Part shown: positions 23,431 through 35,790 of the stretch, one piece after another
Position numbering within the stretch: position 1 is the first letter of the stretch
Layout: each line of letters opens with the position of its first letter
Assembly (NCBI GenBank): GCA_032718475.1
Contig: JAUCBJ010006425.1
Span: forward strand, 1-44,618
Length of the DNA: 44,618 bases
DNA from: Nemertoderma westbladi
Lineage: Eukaryota; Animalia; Xenacoelomorpha
Reading direction: 5' to 3'
Program-made: the position numbers and the translations under genes
The notes under the pieces: model-generated
The model's input: the letters and a program-made list of their open reading frames with translations, nothing else
What the model was told of the DNA's origin: nothing
Databases searched by the model: none

Positions 23431-24330
23431 CGTGCTCTTCCCGGCGTCCACGTGACCGATCACAACAAGGTTTAGCAACCCCTTCCCGCCCCGAGGCTCC
23501 CGCGGTTTCGGATTCGCCGGCGGGGCATCTCTAGTAACTAGTTTCGGTTTGACCACGGTATCCGGGGCCCCGGAACATTTCAGTTGACTCTCCGGAAGTT
23601 TCGGACCTTCCGAGTCGATTTTAATCGCGGCGACAGAAGCGGTTATACCGCCGTTTATATGTGGTTTTGCGTCGTGGTGTTCGGGCAGATTCCCATTGGA
23701 TGCCACGGGATCCGGCAATAGTCCGTCTTCTTCCATGGGCACAGGACCTAGTACACGCCCCTCAACGCTCAGACCGCGCCCTACTATGCCCACGCCGCGC
23801 CCTACTTCGCCAATCTTTCGCCCTCGACCTACGGAGTCTCTGGCTGACGGACCTAGCGGGTCGTTTGGAAACACGCGGCCAGTGGGACTCGGATTATGTA
23901 GCGAGTCGATCGCTCGCTCCGTGTTGTAGTTACATTCGAGTAGAGTTCTAACCAACACGCTCTCCGGGATGGTGTCGCCGACGATGGAACCGAGTTCATC
24001 CAAGCCTTCCATAAGGCGAGCGAACTCCGCGTCGTTGAGTCCAAGACTGCGGAGGTCCAGGGATTCAGCGAGCGGGTCGGAGAGATCGTCATCTAACGAG
24101 TTCCGCGGGGATTCGATGCGTGACGGTTGGATCCCTCGGGAGTCAACGCCGTCGATAAAGTTTGATAAATTCGGTCGTTTGTCGACGCTGCGAGACAGGA
24201 GGAACTGTTGCGCCGTTAGCGGAGAAATTGCGTAGTCGCAATCGGGAACGGACAAACCGTACTCGTCATCGTAGCTAACAGCGTATTCCTCGCTGTGCGC
24301 TGCGTTACGGATATCTCTGTGACGCGACAT
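23364..24330 (-). CDS. HBS1L: HBS1-like translational GTPase, coding exon 1 (HBS1 N-terminal domain to P-loop)
   Basis: [25 protein letters not shown] matches the HBS1L N-terminus (MARHRNVR..YGQSV..YCISPSTAAQF). [19 protein letters not shown] is G1. The exon ends ACAG|GTAGGT. Confidence 0.95.
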
Positions 24331-25079
24331 TGTTAGTCAGTTAGTCGTAAATCCTGAAATCTGTAAATCTTGAAAATAATTCTGTAGGGCCTAGTTCAGT
24401 AGTTTGATTAGCCTACTGACAGACTTGACTGACTGAGATTGGGATCAAATCCTGAAATCTTTAATAAGGTATCGGTAATACAGTGATAGGCCTACGTCAG
24501 TACTGCAGATCGTCTGTACGTGCGTGATACTGTGATAGGCCTACTACTGTACTAGGCCTACGGTAACTGTGGAACTGTGATATCGGTAGGGGTAGTCCGG
24601 CTGTCCGGTTACAGGGTTAGCCAGTTAGCGTAGCGGCGGTAGGCCTTTTTTGTCATGCTTCACTTTGCTGCTTTGACGTTCTGTCTGTATGTATGACAGC
24701 AGATGGCTCAACAAAAATTATACAACATATAATTCATTTTGGCCCGTTTGCTGGAAGATTTTGCCGGAAGACGGTTAGGCAATCATAGGCGAGTATTCGG
24801 TTCCGACAGAGTCGCTTGTCTATTAAAAGGCTGTTCACCAGGAATATCATGAACTGCTTGAAGGAACAGTAGATAATGACATGGAGATACGCGAGATACT
24901 GTAATTATTTTAGGTGATCTCTTTACGTATATTACTTTACGTAATATTTATGCCTAGGGTAAGCGGATTGTGAGCTTCAATGCGTGGTCAGTTATAGGTA
25001 CTGTAGACCCTTTCTGCCTTTGACCTTAAGTAGTAGTAATAAGTATTAGTACTAATAAGTAGCAGAGTAGTAGTAGTAA

Positions 25080-26189
25080 CCCTAGACTAGCGACTTTACG
25101 AATCTGCCAAGATCTATACGGATCATGCTACATATGTGCTTGATTCATCTGCACTGATCATATAATACATTGTAAATCTGCTACGATCATAGAATGATCA
25201 TACAAAATCTTTTAAGAATTTACATATACAAAATATTGAAAAAATATTTATTGTTTGTATGAGTTATTGAATGTATGGTTGCAATTTGTTAAATATCAAA
25301 ACCATTATTACATTAAACATTATAATTATTGTCTTGGAAAGTAACAACATGGCTATTATATCTGCTACGATCAGACTACGATCAGGATAAGATCAGGCCA
25401 GATAATGAGGCTGCCCAAATTTTAAAACACCAGAGGCAGAGGCCAATGATAATTTTTTTTTTCGTATTTGACCGACCATAGTACTCTCTTTCACAGCGTT
25501 GTACATAAGATTACATATTATACGAAGATCTTTTTAGATCTTATCATGATAATATCAAGTTAGAAATTAACAATCAATAATTAATTATAAATTATCATTT
25601 AATAGGTATAGAAACAAAGAAATTTATAAATCTACATCAATATGAATTATCTAATTTGGTGGCCAAGTAGAGTAATTATATTAATTTATATGAATCTAAT
25701 ATAAATTTATTGATATTAATGCAAAGTTAAATTGGCTTATCTTAAAACCAAATTGAAATTTGTTCTGCTTAAATATAATACCATTTACCACACAATAGAT
25801 ATACAGATAGGGACAATAGGAAATGTTAGGTGTGTAGGTGTTACAGTAGTTGTACATTAGGATATGTAGGTAAGATGTGTTAGGTTAGTTCTACATCCCC
25901 CACTGCCATATCCCCATAGTAACAATCCACAGCGCAAACAGAAGAATGCTTCAAATTTTGCTTAATTATTGATTGAGAACTATTACGATCTTTGCAGAAC
26001 TTTGTTATATATCATTAATTCTGCAAAGATCTACACTGATCTTACTAAAACTCCAGAAATCAGCAAAGATCTGCACTGATCGTTACCAACCCTGCTAAGA
26101 TCATAGAGCAAAGGTGCCAAGATCTTACCAAGACATATAAAGATCTTATGCTAAGATCAGTGCAGATTGGTGATGTTGCAAGTCTAGGG
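25080..26189. mobile_element. ~1.1 kb non-autonomous CMC/EnSpm-like element
   Basis: Imperfect TIR CCCTAGACTAGCGACTTTACGAATCTGC / GCAGATTGGTGATGTTGCAAGTCTAGGG; CCC..GGG termini; AA on both flanks (2 bp TSD); many AAGATCT/ATCTGC subterminal repeats. Confidence 0.75.
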
Positions 26190-26219
26190 AAGTACTGTAG
26201 TAGTAGTAGTAATTATTTA

Positions 26220-26672
26220 GAGCATCAGTAGTTCCAGTACTCCTCTATGGGAGTCCATGCTGGGCTCTAACTGCTGAGGACACCAAATCTCTGGATGGCA
26301 CATTCACAAGAATGCTACGCCGGGTTCATTGTGTCAAGTACAATGCACACATCTCCAACCAGACACTATATAACATTGGAGGTGTCTCATTGGTTCCCCC
26401 AAGCTTGACACTAGAACAAAATCGCCTACGCTTTGCAGGACATTGCTTTCGCCGTGAGGACCAGCCAGTGCATAATCTTGTACTTTGGCAGCCTCATGGA
26501 GTGAATAAGCATGGTGGACAGCCCATTACTTTCTTGAGACGCATCCTAAAGGAAACTGGCCTTGAAGATGCGGATGATCTAGCAAATGTCATGGGTGATG
26601 GAGTTGTGGCGGCGCAATTTTGTCGACAAGCCGGCACTGCATTCTTAAAAATGCCGATCCTAGTAGTAGTAG
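26220..26672 (+). mobile_element. 5'-truncated RTE/RTEX-type LINE 3' end with (TAG)n tail
   Basis: ASVVPVLLYGSPCWALT..LDGTFTRMLRRV..HISNQTLY..RLRFAGHCFRREDQPVHNLVLWQP is a typical RTE-clade C-terminus. TAGTAGTAGTAG lies at about 26660. Confidence 0.85.
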
Positions 26673-27592
26673 TTAAGACTGATAGAGGCAGAGAGCTCTA
26701 GCAGGATAGTAGTCCTATTGTTTTTAAATAAGAATACGTCTGCTTGTCACTGCTGCACTGTCCGTACAGTACTCACTGACATTGACATACTGTATGTACT
26801 GTATATAGGCCTAATAACTGAATAAGCAAGTTGACTACTGTACCAATCAGTAACATTTAGAACAATTAGTAACATTTAGAAAGTAACATTAAAAAATTAT
26901 TAGTAATCTTTTGCAAACGAATAATGTGAATTGTTTTTATATTCCCAAGGTTTTGAACCGACTGATAAACTACTGTACTGTAAGAAGTCGAGGTTGTTTA
27001 ATGTTTAGACATTTCACCCGCTAGCGGTGGTTAAAATCACATATTTTGATCGTATTTAATGTCTAAATATTACAAACTTTAAAGATTTAAATCAAACTCA
27101 TTAGTTATTAAGTAAAAGGCGACAAAAACTAATCACAAGTATTTCCCTTTATTGACCCCACACTCCACCCACCCCCCCCCCCCCAAACACTGTCAGGTTA
27201 CAAATGCTTCGGCTACTACTGTACGTGGCTCGAGGAAATATTATTGTGAATTAATATATAATATAATTATATATGGCAGTAGTATTTGTTAATAAACTAA
27301 ACCCAATACAAATGGTGTGGTAACAAATAACACCAGACATTAGTGAATATGACAATATAATTGTGATTTACCTGTATAATACGGAAGGAGTAGGAAGGCC
27401 TAAGTAAAATTACAAGTAATAAAAGTGATTTTCCCCAAGCGACACCCCTTCTGGCAATTGGGCTGAACCGACACACCTTTTGGCTATGTGAGAGTGTTAG
27501 CCAATGAGGTGAGCTTATTGAAGAAACAACCAATTAGAAGCCCAAAAATACTTCCATAGCCTGAAACGACACCCCAATTTGAAATATGCTTA

Positions 27593-28940
27593 CGGGTCTT
27601 TATCAAATACCGAAATGCTCTCACTCACATACAGCACAAAATCAATCAGTCTAGTAGAATTTAAATTTACCGCCAATAAAACTTACAAACCAAAGAATAC
27701 AGTAGGGCCTAAACCGTAAACATACTACAATTTATTAATCAGTTCGAATTCAAATTTATGTAATTTAACAATTTGTCATAATCTAACCAATATCTATGAA
27801 TAACTAATTTAAATTAAATAGCGCTACTTTGTCACAATAGTAATGTAGATATGTCAATAAATTGAATAGCACCAAATCATAATTAAATTAGCAATATTTG
27901 AGACGTAATGTAAATAATACTGTAGATATATCAATAGTACTGAATAAATTTATGAAATTTAACAACTTATAAAAAATAAATGAAATAGCGCTACTTTGAC
28001 ACAATAGTATATGTCAATTAATTTAATACCACAAATTCGTCATTATATTCTCAATATTCGAGATGTAATGTCAATGATACTGTAGATATGTCAAATAGTA
28101 CTGAGAAAATATGTAATAAGGGATTAATTGAATTAAAATATAAAAAAAAGAATAACTCAACACTAATTAGCCAATACTACAATTATTAATTATATTGGCA
28201 ATAATAGTTGATATGTAATGTACCGTTTACAGGATACTGTGTAGATATGTCAAATAGTACTGAGTAATACGTAATAAGGGGTTAATTAGATTAACCCACA
28301 GTATCATCTACATTACAACAAATATTGTCAATATAATTACTAATAGTAGTATTAGCTAAGTAGTGCTGAGTTATTGCTTATTAATTTAATTAACCCCTTA
28401 TTACATATATTCTCAGTACTATTTGACATATCTACAGTAGTATCTACATTACATCTCGAATATTGCCAATATAATGACGAATTTGTGGTATTAAATTAAT
28501 TGACATATACTATTGTGACAAAGTAGCGCTATTTCATTTACTTTTTATTAGTTGTTAAATTTCATAAAATTATTCAGTACTATTGATATACAGTATCTAC
28601 AGTATTATTTACATTACATCTCAAATATTGCTAATTTAATTATGATTTGGTGCTATTCAATTTATTGACATATCTACATTACTATTGTGACAAAGTAGCG
28701 CTATTTAATTTAAATTAGTTATTCATAGATATTGGTTAGATTATGACAATAATTGTTAAATTACATAAATTTGAATTCGAACTGATTAATAAATTGTAGT
28801 ATATTTACGGTTTAGGCCCTACTGTATTCTTTGGTTTGTAAGTTTTATTGGCGGTAAATTCAAATTCTACTATCAGACTGATTGATTTTGTGCTGTATGT
28901 GAGTAGGGTTTAGAGCATTTCGGTATTTGATAAAGACCCG
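27593..28940. mobile_element. ~1.35 kb near-fully palindromic foldback/MITE with TA TSD (Tc1/mariner-like)
   Basis: TA|CGGGTCTTTATCAAATACCGAAATGCTC ... GAGCATTTCGGTATTTGATAAAGACCCG|TA. Arms of about 650 bp pair inwards to about 28241/28297. Confidence 0.9.
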
Positions 28941-30197
28941 TAATGGGCCGAAATATAATATAGCTTTCTTTAAACTGACAGTTGTTATTCGCAGTGGTAG
29001 TTCCTTTGGCAACATATAATATATATATATATAAATATATAATTATTATATTTATTTATATAATATAATATTATAATATTATATATTTATTATTATAATA
29101 TATATATATATATAAATACTTATACAGTATGTATAATTACATATATTGCATACAGTAGGACTATATACTGTATAAAATAATTGGTTTTGATTATTACTTT
29201 TCAGATAGGTCAAGAGTTTAATTTACTCACAAGGAAAGAACTTTCATGGGATAACTTTGATAAATATATAGGAATTATTATATTCTTACTGTAAAATGCT
29301 GAAAGTGACAACGCCACATCATAAACGGGTTTGTAGGCCTATTGAAGGAATAAACTGTGCAAGCGGCCAATCTTAGATCTCGTGACCAAGTTATACTTCG
29401 ACTTAGTGTGTATTTTGACTCGAAGTGCCTGGTTCTTCATGACCCAGAATCAGACCCAACAGTTGGGTGTACCATCAAAACCTCTTCTGAGGGTGATCAG
29501 TTTCTGAAGATTATGGTAGTAAACCATGGATCACTGGACGAATTAGAAGAAGTGGCTTTATTTTTTGAAGGAGATAAAAGGTCGAAATTGCTTATCCATT
29601 TGTTGTTGGTAATTATTAACCATCAAATGTAGTGAACGAAGTTGTATTATTTAGCATTGGCATTTTATCCATCCAATCCAATCAAAGAGCGCGAAAACAG
29701 TACTACGCAAACGTTTGTTTAACAATTATTAAACCTGTGAACAAGGATTACCAATCGATAATTAGTTATAGCAGTATAGTTCATATCCGTACCTGTGGTA
29801 TTTTCGTATTGCAAAAATAAGACTATAAGTATGAAATACCCTATGTTATTGAGATATTGTTTATTGTTTTGGTTAGAAAAGCCCACCACTGTAACCTGCT
29901 CCTTTCCGTTAATTAAGTAATGGAGATTAGTTTATTGTTTTGGTTAGAAAACACCACCACTGAAACCTGCTTCTTTTGCCACAGGTACGCATATGAATGA
30001 TAACCCATTTTTTACGTAGGCCGTAGACTACCATTGGCAGGCTGGCAGGGTGTTGTTTTGCCCGGAATAAATACGGTATTCCCTCTGCTGCTCGGAGAAG
30101 GAAAGCGTAATTTGAGGAAAATTCATGCACGGATGGATGCACGCACAAACTGACAAACTAAAAAGTGTCCCTTTCAGCCTTTGGTGGACACCAATCG

Positions 30198-30253
30198 TCA
30201 GTATGTACGACACGACAGCGACAGCGACATCGCTGTCGTGTCGTACATACTGA
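30198..30253. repeat. Perfect 24 bp hairpin with an 8 nt loop (miniature MITE-like)
   Basis: TCAGTATGTACGACACGACAGCGA-CAGCGACA-TCGCTGTCGTGTCGTACATACTGA. Confidence 0.9.
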
Positions 30254-30290
30254 TTTGTCATATTTGTACAAGAATTCGGCTGACATTTAA

Positions 30291-31645
30291 GGGGGGCACT
30301 CTGTAATTGAATGACGTTTTTATTTTCTTAATTTTGGCGCGGGACTATGTTCAAAAATATTAATATTTGACAAACCTATGTAATATAGATCCAAAAAACT
30401 GAAAATCGCAAAAAAAATTTTTTTTAATTTTAATTTTGCTAATTAACATAATTTATTGAAATTTTTAAAAAAAGGCTTCTAGAACCGCAATTTTGATTCA
30501 AATTGTTCAAAATTTGGTTCGAATGTCCGGAAAAATGTTATAAAACGATGCAATTGACAGAATTTAAACATCTGTCTTACTTTTAAAATTATTCAATTTT
30601 TTCGAAATTTGTCACCAAAAATAACTAAAAAACTCGAAAAAGTCACAAAAAATTTCGAATTTTGACTATAACTTTGGTTAAAATCAAAATTTCAAAATTT
30701 TGTCAATTGCATAGTTAAAACACTTCATCAAGACCACGCATGCCAAAAATCAGCCAGTTTTGACCAATTCCCTACAAGTAGTAGCATTTTAAAATATAAA
30801 AAAGTGCAAAAAAATGAAATAGGAATAAATCCAATTTAAAGTTTGAAAGCAGATTAGTTTGATAAAAATATCTTAGTTTTGCAATATTTTCAGTTAAAAT
30901 AACTCAATTTACGAATTTTTTTTTTTAACATGTAGTGCTCCATATGCTACATGCGGAATTTTCGGTTTTAAGTAAAGATCGCCAATAATAATGCAAATAA
31001 TGCAAATCCGTCCCTGTGATTTTGACATTTACGTTCTGGGTATATACTACTGCAATATTGTAATTCGTGTAATCAGAATTTCAGAATCCTACTGTCCTAG
31101 GCTAACCTAACAGCTGTGACTGTTCTAGCTACCATGAGCTAGGGTTAGGCAGACGGTTCCAGCTAGGATTAGGGAGCAAACGGGTAATATTGGGGTTAGG
31201 GTTAGATTACAGTTAGGTTGGGGTTCTAACTATGTTGACCCTAACCAAAAAAAATTAACCCACACTACCGGTACTGGCAGTGTGGGTAGGGACAGATTTG
31301 CGTTAGAGCCGAATTCACAGTCAGACAGTACAAGGGAAAGGGACTAATGTTCACAGATACTCGTTTAAATTTACCGCCACTGATGCTTAGATACAGTTGC
31401 TAAGCAACATTACACTGGATACACCAGAAAACCGAAAATAAACTTCTTATGAGTGAAAATACGAAAAATTTGGATATTTTTGTGCCAGATTAAGGTGTAC
31501 GAAAGTCCATATATCTCGAAAACTAAAAGTCGCTCTGTCAAACCGTTTGCATATTTGGAATCTCCATTAAAAATCGGCTTAGAACAAAAAATAAAAAAAA
31601 TGACCAAAATTCTTCAAAAAAAAATTTAATTACAGAGTGCCCCCC
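30291..31645. mobile_element. 1355 bp non-autonomous Kolobok-like element
   Basis: TTAA|GGGGGGCACTCTGTAATT ... AATTACAGAGTGCCCCCC|TTAA: 18 bp perfect TIR, TTAA TSD, RR..YY termini. Confidence 0.85.
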
Positions 31646-32547
31646 TTAAAGAAAAATGAAATTCCATGACTATTCCAGGCAGCCGGCTGGCCGGGGTTTC
31701 CAGGTGAATGGGCTGGCAACTTTGTACTTTTCAAGTTTCAACATGTTTTGCTAATGCCAGACTGCCAGAATGCATGCAAATACAGCTTTGTTTTTGAAAA
31801 TATGCAAATATAACTTTGTTTTGTTTTTGTTTTCCAAATTTCTTTTTGAAAATTTTGAAAAAAATTAAATTTTGAAAATTTTTGTAAATTCTGAAAATTT
31901 TTTCAAAAAACTTTTGACTTTTTTCCCAGAAAAATACTTAGGCCTAGGCCTATATTAGTAGTAACTTATATTTTGTAATTTTATAAGTTTTTGTAAGTAA
32001 TCAGTAATAGAAAAACTGCAAGAGTAGGCCTACTGGCTGACTGGTTCTAGTGCTAGTGGCAGAGTGGAGTAGCATGGCCTACTATATATACGGCCTAACA
32101 GGCCACCTTACAGCCTTAAGAGGCCTAGAAATTTAAGGCCATTCATTCATTACCTGCCTGCCTGCAGACCTGATTCCAGTCACAGCTTACTACACGCTGA
32201 CAGCCACAGCCACCGAACCGATGTGGGTACCATACAGCCGTACTGCCGTATGCTGTACAGCTGTACTGGCAGACTGGTATATCTCTATAAGCTCTACCTA
32301 CCCGTACTGTACCACTGCTTGTTTAACGTTTAGCTACCGGTACTGGTTACCTTATGTGGTTTAGGTGTTCGGGTTAGGCCATTTCTGATTTCAGCATTAC
32401 CTGATTACGTGTATGTAAGGCCCAGGTTGGAAGTTAGGAAGAGTTTGCTCAACATGCTGACATGTGGAGCGCATCCGAAGGTGCGTGTGGCGCGCATTTA
32501 GATGTCTTGTCTGGCGCGCATACAGGCTGACAGGATAATTATGGTCA

Positions 32548-32746
32548 TTGTCGCCTATTCCAACCATTCCTGCTGTTACTGATACACCGCCATCCATGGT
32601 GCCTTCAGTCAAGCGGCCTCGGCGAGAGCCTATTGATCGCCCATTTCAGCAAGATCAACTTGCTGAATTTAGCAATCGATATGCCGTCTCATGTTTGTCT
32701 GATATCACTGAGGATTTTTGTCCAACTGGTTACCATTTTGACATTT
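32548..32746 (+). pseudogene. P transposase N-terminal remnant (post-THAP region)
   Basis: SPIPTIP.. resembles the THAP AVPTIF box, followed by PRREPIDRPFQQDQLAEF..CPTGYHFD. It is in frame with the 35194 fragment once the nested insert is removed. Confidence 0.55.
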
Positions 32747-35193
32747 GGGTCCTACTAATTACCCCAACCTACCCCAACCTACCACAAACTACCACAATCT
32801 AATTAATTACATCTAATTACCACAATATTATTTTACAATGGCATCTAATTACCACAATATACAGAATGCAAGAGTGTCTAATTACCACAAGGCTATACTG
32901 CGTCTAATTACCACAACACTATACTGCGTCTAATTACCACAACACAACACTGCGTCTAATTACCACAATCTATTTACCACAAGACTACACTGCATCTAAT
33001 TACCACAATATTATTTTACAATGGCATCTAATTACCACAATATACAGAATGCAAGAGTGTCTAATTACCACAAGACTATACTGCGTCTAATTACCACAAT
33101 CTATTTACGAACAAGACTACACTGCACACTGCATCTAATTACCACAATATTATTTTACAATGGCATCTAATTACCACAATATACAGAACGCAAGTGTCAG
33201 AGTGTCTAATTACCACAAGACTATACTGCGTCTAATTACCACAACACTATACTGTGTCTAATTACCACAACACAACACTGCGTCTAATTACCACAATCTA
33301 TTTACCACAAGACTACACTGCATCTAATTACCACAATATTATTTTACAATGGCATCTAATTACCACAATATACAGAACGCAAGTGTCTAATTACCACAAG
33401 ACTATACTGCGTCTAATTACCACAACACTATACTGTGTCTAATTACCACAACACAACACTGCGTCTAATTACCACAATCTATTTACCACAAGACTACACT
33501 GCATCTAATTACCACAATATTATTTTACAATGGCATCTAATTACCACAATATACAGAACGCAAGTGTCTAATTACCACAAGACTATACTGCGTCTAATTA
33601 CCACAACACTATACTGCGTCTAATTACCACAACACAACACTGCGTCTAATTACCACAATCGATTTACCACAAGACTACACTGCATCTAATTACCACAATA
33701 TTATTTTACAATGGCATCTAATTACCACAATATACAGAACGCAAGTGTCAGAGTGTCTAATTACCACAAGACTATACTGCGTCTAATTACCACAACACTA
33801 TACTGTGTCTAATTACCACAACACAACACTGCGTCTAATTACCACAATCTATTTACCACAAGACTACATACACTGCATCTAATTACCACAATATTATTTT
33901 ACAATGGCATCTAATTACCACAATATACAGAACGCAAGTGTCTAATTACCACAAGACTATACTGCGTCTAATTACCACAACACTATACTGTGTCTAATTA
34001 CCACAACACAACACTGCGTCTAATTACCACAATCTATTTACCACAAGACTACACTGCATCTAATTACCACAATATTATTTTACAATGGCATCTAATTACC
34101 ACAATATACAGAACGCAAGTGTCTAATTACCACAAGACTATACTGCGTCTAATTACCACAACACTATACTGCGTCTAATTACCACAACACAACACTGCGT
34201 CTAATTACCACAATCGATTTACCACAAGACTACACTGCATCTAATTACCACAATATTATTTTACAATGACACAAAAAGCTGCATTACTGTAATTATTTTT
34301 CGTATAATCGTATAATTGTTTCCCCGTTGTGGCAACTATAACATCTGTTGATATAACTCCGTATTCCACCGTTTGGGTTCGTTTGGGTACCGTTTGGGTT
34401 TTTAGTCCTACCCGTGATTAGACACTTGAGTTCTGTATATTGTGGTAATTAGACGTTAGTGAAGTCTTGCGGTAATTAGACACTGAATATTAATAACTAC
34501 CGTACTGTATATTGTGGTAATTAGACACTCTTGCATTCTGTATATTGTGGTAATTAGATGCCATTGTAAAATAATATTGTGGTAATTAGATGCAGTGTAG
34601 TCTTGTGGTAAATAGACACTTGAGTTCTGTATATTGTGGTAATTAGATGCCATTGTAAAATAATATTGTGGTAATTAGATGCAGTGTAGTCTTGTGGTAA
34701 ATAGATTGTGGTAATTAAACGCAGTGTTGTGTTGTGGTAATTAGACGCAGTATATTGTTGTGGTAATTAGACGCAGTATAGTCTTGTGGTAATTAGACAC
34801 TCTTGCATTCTGTATATTGTGGTAATTAGATGCCATTGTAAAATAATATTGTGGTAATTAGATGCAGTGTAGTCTTGTGGTAAATAGATTGTGGTAATTA
34901 GACGCAGTGTTGTGTTGTGGTAATTCGACGCAGTATAGTGTTGTGGTAATTAGACACTTGCGTTCTGTATATTGTGGTAATTAGATGCCATTGTAAAATA
35001 ATATTGTGGTAATTAGATGCAGTGTAGTCTTGTGGTAAATAGACACTTGAGTTCTGTATATTGTGGTAATTAGATGCCATTGTAAAATAATATTGTGGTA
35101 ATTAGATGCCTGTATCGAATTGTTGGGGTAGATTGTGGTAGATTGTGGTAGTTTGTGGTAGGTTGGGGTAGGTTGGGGTAATTAGTAGGACCG
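32747..35193. mobile_element. Nested ~2.45 kb foldback element built from CTAATTACCACAA satellite arrays
   Basis: TIR GGTCCTACTAATTACCCCAACCTACCCCAACCTACCACAAACTACCACAATCTA at both ends. Left arm (to about 34268) has ~181 bp higher-order units; right arm (from about 34415) is inverted. Flanked by the direct repeat GGTTACCATTTTGACATTT(GG). Confidence 0.9.
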
Positions 35194-35790
35194 GGTTACC
35201 ATTTTGACATTTGGCTAGTGGATGAATTTGTGTCGGTAATGAAAGATGTATGTGATGCTAAATTGCACATTCGTGCTATTGGTTGTGATGATTCACCCGT
35301 TAATACATCTACTTATACTAAGTTGTATACTCGCTTTGGCCGTGCTGGATCAAATGACAATGACGAGAAGAATCGCATTATTTATTACAATGGAATGAAG
35401 ATCTGTTTACTATACGATCCTGTACATATTATAAAGAACATCCGCAATAGCCTTGCAAATGGAAAACATTTTAGCTTTCCTGAATTCATATTTATTGCCT
35501 TCAAAGATACAATTTGTGTTACTGAAGGTAGCTGCCATTGGAAAGATCTTCTAGATCTTTATGACCGAGATTTCCAATTGGATGCTCATTTCTGCATTTA
35601 CGCATGGCCAAACAGCTCACATACCAAGCTGTGCATCCTGGCAACAACAAACAATCCGTTCCTATTGCCCTAGCAATATTCAATGAATCAACCAGCGCGG
35701 CATTGGAGAGATATTTTCCGAATCGATATCCCACACAGCTCAGTTTCTTAGACTCATTAATGACTGGTGGGTCATAAATAATTCCAAGCA
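35194..35790 (+). pseudogene. P-element/THAP9-like transposase core fragment, frameshifted
   Basis: IRAIGCDDSPVN, LLYDPVHIIKNIRNSL and WKDLLDLYDRD, then after a frameshift LTYQAVHPGNNKQSVPIALAIFNESTSAAL. D..H..KN.RN and Q.V..A...F are P transposase hallmarks. Confidence 0.88.

Noticed and set aside
29357-29632. 91 aa ORF that looks coding-like
   Set aside because: Non-ATG start, no recognisable motif and no clear splice sites; it cannot be supported without a search.
31099-31260. Telomeric TTAGGG tract
   Set aside because: Only scattered degenerate GGTTAG words inside a TIR element.
33254-35080. Repeated 60-65 aa ORFs (SNYHN...)
   Set aside because: Translations of the satellite arms of the foldback element.
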